Positions 28,325-39,200 of a stretch of DNA of 64,000 nt are shown piece by piece (within the stretch, counting starts at the first letter, position 1; each line of letters opens with the position of its first letter). The stretch comes from Deltaproteobacteria bacterium. GTDB taxonomy: Bacteria; SAR324; NAC60-12. The position numbers and the translations under genes are program-made. The notes under the pieces are model-generated. The model saw only the letters and a program-made list of their open reading frames with translations, was not told the DNA's origin and did no database searches. The stretch spans positions 46,469-110,468 of the forward strand of contig JAYOTF010000005.1 of assembly GCA_038150265.1 (NCBI GenBank), given 5' to 3'.

Positions 28325-29377
28325 CTAGGGCGCGACGACCGGAATCGCAAAGACGTTTTGCAGGAAGTGCAGCCCCAGAAAGCACAGGAGCCCGGCCGCC
28401 ACAGGAGTCAGGAACCAGCCCATCACCACACGCCCCACCGTTCCCCAGTTCACCTCTCGTCCTCCTCGCAGCAGCCCCACCCCCAAAATGGCTCCCAGAA
28501 TGGCCTGAGAGCTGGAAACGGGGACCAGCGGAAGCGAAGGCAGCCCGTGTGCGACCAGCCACTGCTTGAGGCTGGTGGAAGCAAACAGCAGCAGGACCAG
28601 CGAGTGGGCACTCACGCAGACCCACGCGGCCAGAGGCGAGAGGGGCGCCACGCCGCTGCCAATGAGTTTCATCGTCTGCTTGGAGTAGGTGAGGACCCCG
28701 GAAGCAATCGCGCCTCCTCCGACGAGGAGCAAGAGGTCCAGGGCGGTCATGGTCGTGTTCCCCCAGGTGACTTCGGAAAAGGGCTGGGTGGGCAGAAAGA
28801 CACCGACGACGTTGGCGATGTTGTTGGCCCCCAGGCTGTAGGCGCCAACGGCTCCGGAGAGGAGCAGCGCGACGCGGGTGTAGGCGTCGAGCCGGATGAG
28901 TCCAATGGGGTAGTGCCGGACCCAGAGCCGGGCAAGGAGCATCATTCCGGCGGCAAAGCCGGCAGCAAGGAGCGGGCTGATGCCCCATGTGGCCACAATC
29001 TTGAGGAGGACTCCGGAATCGGTCTCGATCCCGGCAAAGACATTCCACCCCACAATGGCGCCAATCAGCGCCTGCGTGGTGGAAACCTGAATGCCGGTCC
29101 GGATCATGGAAAACACCGTCAGGGCCGACGCAAGCGCAACCATGAAGGCGCCTCCAAGCGCATCGACGCTTCCCAGGGCGCCGAGGTTCCGGACCACGCC
29201 TTCTCCACTGAAGACCGCGCCCAGGACGACAAACACGCTACAGATCACAGCGGCCGTGCCAAAGCGGATCATGCGACTGCCAACGGCCGTGCCAAAGACG
29301 TTGGCTGCGTCGTTTGCCCCCAGGGACCACCCGAGGAAGAGCCCGCTGCTCAGCAGAATGAGGGATTCCAGCGCCAT
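28325..29377 (-). CDS. pit: Inorganic phosphate transporter, PiT family
   Basis: N-terminal GANDAANVFGTAVG motif, repeated in the C-terminal half (GANNIANVVGVF). Confidence 0.9.
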   Translation of the reverse strand: MALESLILLSSGLFLGWSLGANDAANVFGTAVGSRMIRFGTAAVICSVFVVLGAVFSGEGVVRNLGALGSVDALGGAFMVALASALTVFSMIRTGIQVSTTQALIGAIVGWNVFAGIETDSGVLLKIVATWGISPLLAAGFAAGMMLLARLWVRHYPIGLIRLDAYTRVALLLSGAVGAYSLGANNIANVVGVFLPTQPFSEVTWGNTTMTALDLLLLVGGGAIASGVLTYSKQTMKLIGSGVAPLSPLAAWVCVSAHSLVLLLFASTSLKQWLVAHGLPSLPLVPVSSSQAILGAILGVGLLRGGREVNWGTVGRVVMGWFLTPVAAGLLCFLGLHFLQNVFAIPVVAP

Positions 29378-29383
29378 GGGGCC

Positions 29384-30442
29384 TCAGTCGCGGACCAGGC
29401 TGACCCCGCGACGCTTGAGCTGAAGGTGCACCTCCGTTCCGGCTTCATGCACCGCCTCCATGAGTGGATCCATCACAAAAAGCTCGCCCAACGGGGTCTC
29501 AACGGTGTAGTCCATGTGCCCACCCAGGTAGGTGGCCTTGCGCACGGTTCCGGGAATGCCCGGCTCGGTGGGAGGCTGCAGCCGGATTGCTTCTGGGCGG
29601 ATGGCCACCGTCACGGAGCCCGACAAGAGGCCCTGATGCGGAAGCACCAGGGAGAGGTCGGCGAGCTGAACGGTTCCGGTGTCTCCCACGGCCACTTCGA
29701 GCTGCCCGGTCACCAGGTTGGAGTCTCCAATGAAGTCGGCCACAAAGCGGCTTTGCGGGGTCTCGTAAAGCTGATGCGGTGTGCCTTCCTGCGCAATGAC
29801 GGCTTCCTTCATGACAATGATCCGGTCTGAGACGGCGAGGGCCTCTTCCTGGTCGTGAGTGACGTACACAACCGTGAGGTTGAGTTCCTGCTGCAGGTCC
29901 CGGATCTCTTCACGGACGTGGCGCCGGAGCTTGGCATCGAGGTTGGAGAGGGGCTCATCAAAGAGCAAAACCTCGGGCTCCAGTACCAGCGCCCGGGCCA
30001 CAGCGACGCGTTGCTGCTGCCCTCCGGAGAGTTCGCTGGGAAGTCGCTGCTCGTATCCGGAAAGTCCAACCAGCTTGAGCCCCGCCTGCGCGCGCTCCTC
30101 CACCTCTGGTTTCGGCAGCTTGGACATGGTGAGGCCGTACCCCACATTCTGCATCACCGACATGTGGGGGAAGAGGGCGTAGGACTGGAACACCATGCTG
30201 ACGTCCCGGTCGGTCGCAGGAAGCCGAGTCACGTCTCGTCCGCCAATGAGGATCTTTCCGGAGGTGGCCATTTCGAGCCCGGCGATCATCCGGAGCGTGG
30301 TCGTTTTGCCACATCCGGATGGCCCAAGCAGGGTCACGAGTTCGCCACTCTGGATCTGAAAGCTCACGTCTCGGACCGCCTTCACGGTTCCGAAGGCCTT
30401 GGTCACGTTTTGAAACTCAACGGCAGTGCCCGATGAGGTCAT
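29384..30442 (-). CDS. ABC transporter ATP-binding protein with C-terminal TOBE domain (FbpC/PotA-like)
   Basis: Walker A GPSGCGKTT, LSGGQQQRVAVARAL, LLFDEPLSNLD. Confidence 0.9.
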   Translation of the reverse strand: MTSSGTAVEFQNVTKAFGTVKAVRDVSFQIQSGELVTLLGPSGCGKTTTLRMIAGLEMATSGKILIGGRDVTRLPATDRDVSMVFQSYALFPHMSVMQNVGYGLTMSKLPKPEVEERAQAGLKLVGLSGYEQRLPSELSGGQQQRVAVARALVLEPEVLLFDEPLSNLDAKLRRHVREEIRDLQQELNLTVVYVTHDQEEALAVSDRIIVMKEAVIAQEGTPHQLYETPQSRFVADFIGDSNLVTGQLEVAVGDTGTVQLADLSLVLPHQGLLSGSVTVAIRPEAIRLQPPTEPGIPGTVRKATYLGGHMDYTVETPLGELFVMDPLMEAVHEAGTEVHLQLKRRGVSLVRD

Positions 30443-32703
30443 CCTGCTCCTCCTAAATTGACGGTTTCTGAGTGGCGTCGCCCCAATTGACGCTTGCCGA
30501 CAGCGGCCTGAATCAGTCCAATCACGAGGAGCATGACCACGATCAGGACAGACGAGTAGGCGATGGCGAGTCCGTAGTCGGCATTTTCCACACGACCCAG
30601 GATGTATGAGGTGGCCATGTCGTAGTCAGCGCTGACAAGAAAGATGACGGCACTGATGGCGGTCATGGCGCGGACAAAGCTGAAGACGAGCGCGGCAATC
30701 AAGGCTGGGCGCAGCAGCGGCAGCAGAATCTTGCGCAAGGTGGTTCCGGAAGGAGCCCCCAGGGTGAGCGAGGCTTCATCCAGGCTGGGGTCCAGCTGGG
30801 CCATGGACGCCACACCGGCCCGGATGCCTGTGGGCATGTTCCGAAAGATGAAGCACACCACGAGGATGACTCCGGTTCCAGTGATTTCGACCGGAGGCAC
30901 ATTGAAGGCGAGGATGTAACCGATGCCGATGATGGTGCCGGGAATGGCAAAGCTGAGCATGGTCACAAACTCAAAGACGTCTTTGCCGGCAAAGCGCTGG
31001 CGGGTCAGCAGCCATGCCGTCAGCAGCCCCAGCCCAGCAGTGAGGGGCGCCGAGATTCCGGAGATCTGGAGGGTGGTCCAGAACGAGTTCCAGGCCGCCC
31101 CCTGCCACATGAGCCCGAATTCGTCAGACCACCCCAGCGCAAAGGCATCCGCGTAGTGCTTGAGGGTGAAGTTGTGCTTGTAGCCCCACGATTCGACAAA
31201 GCCTCCAAAGAGGATCATTCCATACAGCGTGACACTCAGCACAACAAACGGAGCGGCGATGGAGCCAATGCCCCAGAGCACCCGCCGTGGCAACTGGACC
31301 GGAACCCCCGCGTCTCCCTTGCCGGTGACGCTGACGTAAGACTTCTGACCCAGCCAGCGGCGCTGAATCCAGAAGGTCGTCAGGGTGAAGCCAAGGAGCA
31401 CCAGCGCCAGCACGGCTGCCATGCCCTGATCGCTTTGAGCACCGGCAATGGCAAAAAAGATCTGGGTGGAAAGCACCTCGTAACTGCCTCCGAGCACCAG
31501 TGGGTTTCCAAAGTCGGCCAGGCTTTCAATGAACCCCAGCAAAAAGGCGTTGGCGATGCCGGGACGCATCAGGGGCAGGGACACGGTCCGGAAGGTCTCC
31601 CACTTGCTCGCCCGGAGCGTCTGGGCGGCTTCTTCCATTGAGGGGCTGACTCCTTCCACCACACCAATGAGCACCATGAAGGCGATGGGGGTGAAGGCCA
31701 TGGTTTGGGCAAACCAGACGCCTGGGAGGCCGTACACCCAACGGCTGGGAGGAATGTCGAAGGCCCAATGCAGAAAGCTGTTGAAGGCTCCGGCTCGTCC
31801 GAAGAGGAGAATGATGGCCAGGCCAATCACGAATGGTGGCGTGATGATGGGCAACAGGGTCACTGCCCGGATGGCCTTCTTGCCCTGAACCCCTGTCCGG
31901 GTGACCAGCAGCGCAAAGGCCAGGCCCAGCACCGTTGTGGTGGCTCCCACCAGGACCGCCAGCCAGAGCGAGTTCCAGGCGACGCCGCAGCTCAGCTCCG
32001 AGTACAGGCACCGCAGCTGCCAGATGCGTGGTGACGTGAGCTTTTCGGCAAACAGTGCCAGAGAAAGCTGGTCGTCTTCATTGAGAAGCGCACTGAAGAG
32101 GATGCGGGAGACGGGGTAGAAGATGAACAGGGCCACCAGCACGAGGTTGAGCCCAATGGTTCCGGTGACAAAACCGTCTCCCTGAACACCGCCTCTGAGC
32201 GACCACCCCTGGGTAAACAGGAACAGGAAGCACGCGGCAACCAGCAAGGCTCCGTAGCCCATGCCCTCTTGAGCCGGTCCGGGGCTGCCCAGCCAGGCCA
32301 GCAGCCACTCGCCGTTCCAGCCCCGTAACCCGATGGCGAAGCCCTGCAGGAAGAGCCAGAAGAGCCCGGCGCCTCCACAGAAACGGAGCATCCGGGAAAC
32401 CGAGGGATGCGTGCGCGGACGCCAGACCACGCTGAAGGGCAACGCGAGCAGCACCAGCAGCGGCACCAGCCACACCCGGTCAAACCAGAGGATCTGGAGC
32501 ACTCCGGGAGCGTACTCGTCATCCCAGGGCCAGCCATCGCTGACCCAGATGAAGCTCCAGAAGCCGTCATACGCGTGGTACCAGGGCAGGATCAGGATTC
32601 CGAACCAGCCCAGGCCCAGCCAGAAGAGAAGGGTGTGGCGGAAAAGAGAGGCGCCTCCGGCTCCACGAATGCGGAGGGAGGCGCTTGCACTGGAAGAGGT
32701 CAC
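30439..32703 (-). CDS. Fused two-domain ABC transporter permease (FbpB/iron(III)-type)
   Basis: 754 aa with two tandem binding-protein-dependent permease domains. 4-nt overlaps with the ATPase and SBP genes. Confidence 0.85.
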   Translation of the reverse strand: MTSSSASASLRIRGAGGASLFRHTLLFWLGLGWFGILILPWYHAYDGFWSFIWVSDGWPWDDEYAPGVLQILWFDRVWLVPLLVLLALPFSVVWRPRTHPSVSRMLRFCGGAGLFWLFLQGFAIGLRGWNGEWLLAWLGSPGPAQEGMGYGALLVAACFLFLFTQGWSLRGGVQGDGFVTGTIGLNLVLVALFIFYPVSRILFSALLNEDDQLSLALFAEKLTSPRIWQLRCLYSELSCGVAWNSLWLAVLVGATTTVLGLAFALLVTRTGVQGKKAIRAVTLLPIITPPFVIGLAIILLFGRAGAFNSFLHWAFDIPPSRWVYGLPGVWFAQTMAFTPIAFMVLIGVVEGVSPSMEEAAQTLRASKWETFRTVSLPLMRPGIANAFLLGFIESLADFGNPLVLGGSYEVLSTQIFFAIAGAQSDQGMAAVLALVLLGFTLTTFWIQRRWLGQKSYVSVTGKGDAGVPVQLPRRVLWGIGSIAAPFVVLSVTLYGMILFGGFVESWGYKHNFTLKHYADAFALGWSDEFGLMWQGAAWNSFWTTLQISGISAPLTAGLGLLTAWLLTRQRFAGKDVFEFVTMLSFAIPGTIIGIGYILAFNVPPVEITGTGVILVVCFIFRNMPTGIRAGVASMAQLDPSLDEASLTLGAPSGTTLRKILLPLLRPALIAALVFSFVRAMTAISAVIFLVSADYDMATSYILGRVENADYGLAIAYSSVLIVVMLLVIGLIQAAVGKRQLGRRHSETVNLGGAG

Positions 32704-33725
32704 CGGGGCAGTGTGGAGACCTCGTTATCCCACTTGGCCAACAGGCGGGAGCGCTCATCTTTGGAACCGTACTTGGCGTGGTCATAGTCAATGACCTTCA
32801 CCGAGTCCAAATCAGGTGCTTCGCTGGGGACGGTGGCGTTCTTGTTGGAGGGCACCTGGTAGGCTCCGACAGATGCTGCCAGGCTCTGGGCTTCAGCCGA
32901 GAGGGCAAAGTCGTAGAACTTCCTGGCGCTTTCCTGGTTCCGGGCCCCCTTGATGATGCTCATGGACCCAATCTCGTAGCCGGTTCCTTCACAAGGGGCA
33001 ACCGTTGCGATCGGCATGCCCTTGACCGCTTGGGTAACGGCGTCATGCATGAAAACGATTCCCACCGTGGTCTCGCCCTTTGCTGCCGCCTTGATCGGTG
33101 CAGAGCCGGACTTGGTGTACTGGCTCACGTTTCGGTGAAGCTGCTTCATGAAGTTGAAGCCCTCTTCTTCCCCAAAGAGCTGGACCATGGTGGCCAGAGT
33201 CGTGTAGGAGGTTCCGGAGGTGTTAGGGTTCGCAATCTGAACTTCTCCCTTCAGCGCTGGGCTGAGGAGGTCCTTCCAGCACTTCGGAGCCGGGACGTTC
33301 TTTTGGGCCAGCAATTCCTTGTTGTAGCCAAAGCCAAGACCGCCCATGTAGATGCCGACGGTTTTGCCCCCGGTTGCCTGATGCGGGGTGACCGCCCAGC
33401 CATTGAGCTGCGACATCATCGGAGAGGTGTAGGCCTCAGTGAGCCCCTCTTCGGCAGCTTGCAGGTGTGGGTCACCGGTTCCTCCCCACCACACGTCTCC
33501 CTTCGGATTCGAGCGCTCGGCCTTGATCTTCGCCAATGTTTCTCCAGAACTCATCCGCGTCATTGACACCTTGATCCCGGTTTGCTGCTCAAAGGTGTTC
33601 ACCATCAATTCACACCACTCAATCTGAGGGCTGCAGTAGAGGGTGAGGCGGTCAGCAGCCTGGGCCGATGCTCCCAGCAACAAGGCTCCCGCGAGGGCAC
33701 CGAAACTCTTGGTCCATTGCTTCAT
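32700..33725 (-). CDS. ABC transporter periplasmic substrate-binding protein (SBP family 1, Fe3+/FbpA-like)
   Basis: Start MKQWTKSFGALAGALLLGASAQA at 33725 with GGGAGA RBS. Continues ADRLTLYCSPQIEWCELMVNTFEQQTGIKV. Confidence 0.8.
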   Translation of the reverse strand: MKQWTKSFGALAGALLLGASAQAADRLTLYCSPQIEWCELMVNTFEQQTGIKVSMTRMSSGETLAKIKAERSNPKGDVWWGGTGDPHLQAAEEGLTEAYTSPMMSQLNGWAVTPHQATGGKTVGIYMGGLGFGYNKELLAQKNVPAPKCWKDLLSPALKGEVQIANPNTSGTSYTTLATMVQLFGEEEGFNFMKQLHRNVSQYTKSGSAPIKAAAKGETTVGIVFMHDAVTQAVKGMPIATVAPCEGTGYEIGSMSIIKGARNQESARKFYDFALSAEAQSLAASVGAYQVPSNKNATVPSEAPDLDSVKVIDYDHAKYGSKDERSRLLAKWDNEVSTLPR

Positions 33726-33815
33726 CACGTTTTTCTCCCTTTCTAAAAGTGAGGTTGGGGGGATCCCCGAAAAACCAGAAAGGAGAGAATTTGATTTCAA
33801 TTGAGTCACATTTCA

Positions 33816-33834
33816 AGGCCTATTTTTGTTGCAC
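33816..33834. promoter_or_regulatory. Near-palindrome TTGTTGCACGTGCgAACAA upstream of the Fe-type ABC operon
   Basis: 9-bp inverted repeat around a CACGTG core about 90 nt upstream of the SBP start. Confidence 0.3.
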
Positions 33835-33899
33835 GTGCGAACAAAACGCCGGACCTTGAGGCAAAATGAGGGAAGAGGGCAGGGAAAAAAAGTGGGGAT

Positions 33900-34208
33900 T
33901 CAGTAGGCGAGAACCGACTCGCGCACCAGTCCGGTGCGCATCCGGAAGCGGCGTCCCTTGCGTCCTGGTGCTCCCTGGCCGTTGATGCGTTCCAGGATGC
34001 CTTTGGCTTCCAGGTCGCTGAGAACGCGGGAGACGTGTTCTCGTGCGCAGCCCAGCATTTCAGCGGTCTGGGACACGTGCAGCTGCACCTCACCGTTGTC
34101 TTGCAGGGACTTCATGCAGAAGAGCAGCACCTGCAGCTTCTTGGTGGCCCCCAACTCTTCGGAGAGCGCCAGAAGTTCGGACAGGTTGATTTCAATGTAC
34201 TGAGACAC
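33900..34208 (-). CDS. Small winged-helix/HTH transcriptional regulator
   Basis: HTH-like segment VSQTAEMLGCAREHVSRVLSDLEAKGILERI. 102 aa. Divergent from an SDR gene. Confidence 0.5.
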   Translation of the reverse strand: MSQYIEINLSELLALSEELGATKKLQVLLFCMKSLQDNGEVQLHVSQTAEMLGCAREHVSRVLSDLEAKGILERINGQGAPGRKGRRFRMRTGLVRESVLAY

Positions 34209-34458
34209 AGGCGGAGTTCGGACAGAAGTAAAATCAAACAGGTCCTACCTTAAGCCGCCTCTGTTAGCTTATGATTAAGAGATCTGTGAAGTTGCATTTA
34301 TTTTCGGAGCTCTGCTCTTCTTGCCTGGGGGCTCTGCCACGGCTCCCGTTTCACCCGGGTCCCATGGTGAAGCTCAGGCTGCTTTTGAACTTGGCCCTCC
34401 ACGCCAGAGTTCTTATGCTGGCCCGGACTTTTTGATGAACCCTTGTTGGCAAAGAAAC

Positions 34459-35220
34459 ATGACAGCAGCAGAGAAGCGAGTGGCCCTGGTGACCGGAGCC
34501 GGATCAGGAATTGGACGAGCCGCCGCCCTGGCTCTTCAGGGAGAAGGCTACCACGTCTTCCTCACGGGGCGGCGGGAGGACGCGCTGCAGGCGACCGCAG
34601 CGGAAGCTCAGGCCTCCGGAGGCGCTGTGCATTGTGTTCCGGCTGATGTCGCGTCACCAGAGGAGGTGAGCCGCCTGTTTCAGCAAATTCAGGAAACGTA
34701 CGGACGCCTGGATGTCCTCTTCAACAACGCAGGAGTGGGAGCGCCACCGGTGGGGTTTGACGAGCTGACATTTGAGGACTGGAAGCGGGTGGTGGACATC
34801 AACCTCAACGGCGCCTTTCTCTGCGCCCAGGCGGCCTTCCGGATGATGCGGGAGCAGACGCCGCAGGGTGGGCGCATCATCAACAATGGCTCCATTTCGG
34901 CACAGGTTCCGCGTCCGAATTCGGCTCCCTACACGGCGACCAAGCACGCCATCACCGGCCTCACCCGGAGCCTTTCGCTGGATGGGCGCCCCTACCGGAT
35001 TGCCTGCAGTCAGTTGGATATCGGAAACGCGGAGACGCCGATGACGGCACGGATGAAGGACGGGGTGCCTCAGGCCAACGGAACCCGGCAACCCGAGCCG
35101 GTGATGGGGGTGCAGCATGTGGCCGACAGCGTGGTGCTGATGGCCAACCTGCCGCTGGAGGCGAATGTGCAGTTCATGACCCTGATGGCCACGAATATGC
35201 CCTTCATTGGGCGGGGTTAA
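34459..35220 (+). CDS. Short-chain dehydrogenase/reductase (SDR)
   Basis: Start [34 protein letters not shown] catalytic motif. Confidence 0.85.
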   Translation: MTAAEKRVALVTGAGSGIGRAAALALQGEGYHVFLTGRREDALQATAAEAQASGGAVHCVPADVASPEEVSRLFQQIQETYGRLDVLFNNAGVGAPPVGFDELTFEDWKRVVDINLNGAFLCAQAAFRMMREQTPQGGRIINNGSISAQVPRPNSAPYTATKHAITGLTRSLSLDGRPYRIACSQLDIGNAETPMTARMKDGVPQANGTRQPEPVMGVQHVADSVVLMANLPLEANVQFMTLMATNMPFIGRG

Positions 35221-35234
35221 CGCTGGGCCGGACG

Positions 35235-36236
35235 CTAGGGAAGGACCGGAAGGCGGGTGGTCACCATCTTGATGTACTGAGAGCGCTCAAATGCCGCCGG
35301 ATTGTCCCCATGGAGGTGGCTGAGGCTTCCTTGCATCTGCTTGACCGACTCATACTCGTGGCGCTCCATCCACTCCACCAGGTCGCTTTTGATTTGTTCC
35401 AGGTGGGCCATGCCGTTCCAGAACAGCGCGGAGGCCATCATGGTCACCTTCGCCCCAACCATCAACAGCTTCAGGACGTCCTCGTGGCTGTGAATGCCAC
35501 TGGTGGCAGCAAAGTCGACCCCAATCTTTCCATACAGCAGCCCGATCCAGGTCAGCGGAAGCCGATGCTCTTCTGAGGACGAGAGCACCACCTTGGGCTT
35601 CAGGGTCAGCTCATCCAGGTCCACATCTGGCTGGTAGAAGCGGTTGAAGAGCACGAGCGCGTTGGCCCCGGCGCCTTCCAGTCGGCGGGCGACGTTGCCG
35701 AAGTTGGTGTAAAACGGGCTCAGCTTCACAGCAAGGGGAATCCGGGTTTGATCCCGGACGGTCCAGACGATGTTTTGCAGGGCCTGCTCCATCCCCTCGG
35801 CGCTCCGGTCCAGGTCGGTGGGCACCGAGTACACATTCAGCTCCAGCGCATCGGCGCCGGCCTGCTCAATTTCCTGGGCCAGTCGGGTCCACCCGCCGTT
35901 GGTTTCCCCATTGAGGCTGGCAATGACTGGAATGCCAAGGCGTTGCTTGGCGCGCATGATCAGCTCCAGGTACTCCTCAGGTCCCACCTGCAACTCTGGG
36001 TGCTCCGGAAAGTAACTGGTGGCCTCGGCATGACTCTCAGCGGTGTGGCTGAGGTGGAGGTCCAGAAAGCGCCCCTCATGAGCGAGTTGCTCCTCAAACA
36101 GCGAGGGCAGGACGATTGCTCCGGCTCCGGCATCTTCAAGCCTCAGCAGGTTGTCCAGCTTCTCCGTCAGAGGAGACGCTGAAGGCACAAGCGGGGAGCT
36201 GAGTTCCATCCCCAGGTAGTGGGTGCTCAAGTCCAT
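35235..36236 (-). CDS. Dihydroorotate dehydrogenase-like (PyrD family) protein encoded immediately downstream of PFOR
   Basis: ATG at 36236 with AGGAGTG RBS overlapping the PFOR stop. TIM-barrel PyrD-like sequence. Confidence 0.75.
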   Translation of the reverse strand: MDLSTHYLGMELSSPLVPSASPLTEKLDNLLRLEDAGAGAIVLPSLFEEQLAHEGRFLDLHLSHTAESHAEATSYFPEHPELQVGPEEYLELIMRAKQRLGIPVIASLNGETNGGWTRLAQEIEQAGADALELNVYSVPTDLDRSAEGMEQALQNIVWTVRDQTRIPLAVKLSPFYTNFGNVARRLEGAGANALVLFNRFYQPDVDLDELTLKPKVVLSSSEEHRLPLTWIGLLYGKIGVDFAATSGIHSHEDVLKLLMVGAKVTMMASALFWNGMAHLEQIKSDLVEWMERHEYESVKQMQGSLSHLHGDNPAAFERSQYIKMVTTRLPVLP

Positions 36237-36241
36237 GATGC

Positions 36242-39200
36242 TCACTCCTGTTCAGGTTGTTGCGGAGCTGGCTCGGGAATCCAGCCAGCGAGGTGCTCAT
36301 AGAAGCGTTGCCGTTCGTTGAGGCCCACCTCTGCGACCTGTTGCAGGTGTTTGGCGGTGTCCGGATCCGTCTGTCGGAGCATGCGGTAGCGGTTTTCCAA
36401 ATCCTGGAACTGGCTGAGGTGAACGCCTGAGGGCTTGGAGTCCAGCTGCAGCGGTGGCTGGTGCAGGGCAATGCGCCGAGGATCAAAGCGGTACAGGGGC
36501 CAGCTTCCAGACTGCACCAGAGCCTTTTGGTGCTGCATCCCGGTGGTCATGTCAATGCCGTGGGCAATGCAGTGGCTGTAGGCAATGATCAGCGACGGTC
36601 CCGGATACGACTCGGCCTCAAGGAAGGCCCGGAGCGTGTGAGTATCCTTCGCGCCCATGGCCACGCTGGCGACATAGACGCTGCCGTAGCTCATTGCCAT
36701 CATGCCCAGGTCCTTCTTCGCCTGCACCTTTCCTCCCATGGCAAACTTGGCCACGGCGCCCATCGGGGTGGATTTCGACTTCTGGCCACCAGTGTTGGAA
36801 TACACCTCGGTGTCGAGCACCAGCACATTGACGTCTCGGCCACTGGCAAGCACATGATCGAGTCCCCCAAAGCCAATGTCGTAAGCCCAGCCGTCTCCGC
36901 CGATGATCCACACACTCCGGCGGACCAGCGTCTCGGCAAGGGATTCAAGCCGGCGGGCCTGAGGCGTTTGCAGGGCCTGCAGCTTCTGCCGGAGTTGCGT
37001 CACGCGTTCTCGCTGCTCATGGATGCCGGCTTCGGTGCTCTGATCGGCTTCCAGGAGGGCCTGGACCCAGGTGTCTCCGAGCTCCGGAGCGAGTTGCTTC
37101 ACCAGGGTGGTGGCCGTCTGCTGCTGCTGATCAAGGGTGACCCGGAAGCCCAGGCCAAATTCGGCGTTGTCTTCAAAGAGGGAGTTGGACCACGCGGGTC
37201 CGCGTCCTTCCGGAGTCTGTGCCCACGGCGTGGTGGGCAGGTTTCCGCCGTAAATGGAGGAGCACCCGGTGGCATTTGCCACAACCATGCGGTCTCCAAA
37301 TAACTGAGACGCCAGCTTGACGTACGGGGTTTCTCCACATCCTGAACAGGCTCCGGAGAACTCGAACAGCGGCTGCTGAAACTGCTGCTGCGGAATCTTT
37401 CCGGCATCAATTCGGAGGCGGTCGGTCTCCGGAAGCGCGGTGAAGAACTTCCAATGGGCCGCCGAGGCTTCCCGTAGTGGCGCCTGTGGCTTCATGTTGA
37501 TGGCCTTGAACTTGGTCTGCGACTTGTTCTTCGCGGGGCAGACATCGACACAGAGGCCGCAGCCGGTGCAGTCTTCTGGAGCAACAGCGAGCACATACTG
37601 CGCTCCTTCCCAAGTGCGGTCACGTGCTGGAACAGAGAGGAAGCCTGCTGGTGCCGCGTCCAGCGCTTGGGGCTCCACGACCTTGGCGCGGATGACCGCG
37701 TGCGGACAGACCATCAGGCACTTGTTGCACTGAATGCAGGTCTTCGGGTCCCAGACCGGGATCTCGGCCGCAAGGTTGCGCTTTTCCCACTGGGCGGTTG
37801 CGGTTGGGAAGGTGCCGTCTTCCGGAAGCGCGCTGACTGGAAGCTGGTTTCCGCCATCGGCAATGATGCACCCCAGCACGTTTTTGACAAAATCCGGAGC
37901 CTCTTCCGGAACGGCAGGCTTGAACGCCAGACGACTGCTGACCGTCTCCGGAAGCGGCACCTCGTGCACGGCCTGCATGGCTGCTTCGAGGGCCTTCAGG
38001 TTTTGCTCAACAACCGCAGTTCCCTTCGAGGCATAGGTCTTCTTGACGGCGTTCTGAATGGCTTCGCGGGCCTGTTCTTCCGGAAGCACGCCACTGACCT
38101 TGAAGAAGGCCGCCTGCATGACCGTGTTGATGCGACGTCCCATGCCCACCTCCCGGGCAATGCGCTCCGCGTCAATGACGGTGAAGCGCATCCGCTTTTC
38201 CAACAGCTGCTCCTGAAGGGGACGCGGCAGGTGGTTCCAGGCGGCTTCCGGAGCATCTGGCGTGTTCAGCAGGAAGGTGGCTCCCGGAAGGGCCGAGGCA
38301 AGGACGTTGTGACGCTCCAGGAAGACGGGCTGGTGACAGCCAATGAAGTTGGCCTGCTCAATCAGGTACGGCGCTCGGATGGGCTCGGGTCCGAAGCGCA
38401 GGTGCGAGATGGTCATGGCTCCGGATTTCTTGGAGTCGTAGACGAAGTAGGCCTGAGCAAAGTGTCCGTCAAGGTCGCCGATGATCTTGATGCTGTTTTT
38501 GTTGGCCCCAACGGTTCCATCCGAGCCGAGGCCGTAGAAGATGGCCCGGAAGGTGTCTGGAGACTCAATGCGGAAGGACTCGTCCACGCTCAGGCTCAGG
38601 TGGGTGAGGTCGTCATCAATGCCCACGGTGAAGGGGTGCCGAGGTGAGTCGTCATGGAGGTGGTCGAGGGTGGCCTTGACCATCGCCGGGGTAAACTCCT
38701 TGGACGAAAGCCCGTAGCGTCCGCCCACCACCTGAGGTGCGTGCTCCCGCCAGCCCTGGCGGACGGCCTCGGGAAGCGCGGCGGCGACATCCAGAAACAG
38801 GGGCTCTCCCAACGCCCCCGGCTCCTTTGTTCGGTCGAGGACCGCCAGCTTCTGGACCGTCTTGGGAAGAACGGCAGCAAACCGCTGGACGTCGAAGGGG
38901 CGGTAGAGACGCACAGTGACCACTCCGACACGATCTCCCTGTGCCTGGAGGTACCGGACGGTTTCCCGCGCCGTTTCCGCCCCTGATCCCATGAGCACCA
39001 GGACGCGCTCGGCTTCCGGGTGCCCGGTGTACTCAAAGACCTGGTAGGCGCGGCCCGTTAGCTCAGCAAAGCGGTCCATGACCTGCTGGACGGTTTCCGG
39101 AACCTGTTGGTAGAAACGATTGGAGGCTTCCCGGGCCTGAAAGAAGACATCCGGGTTCTGGGCGGTTCCGCGCAGTACCGGGTGTTCCGGAGAAAGAGCG

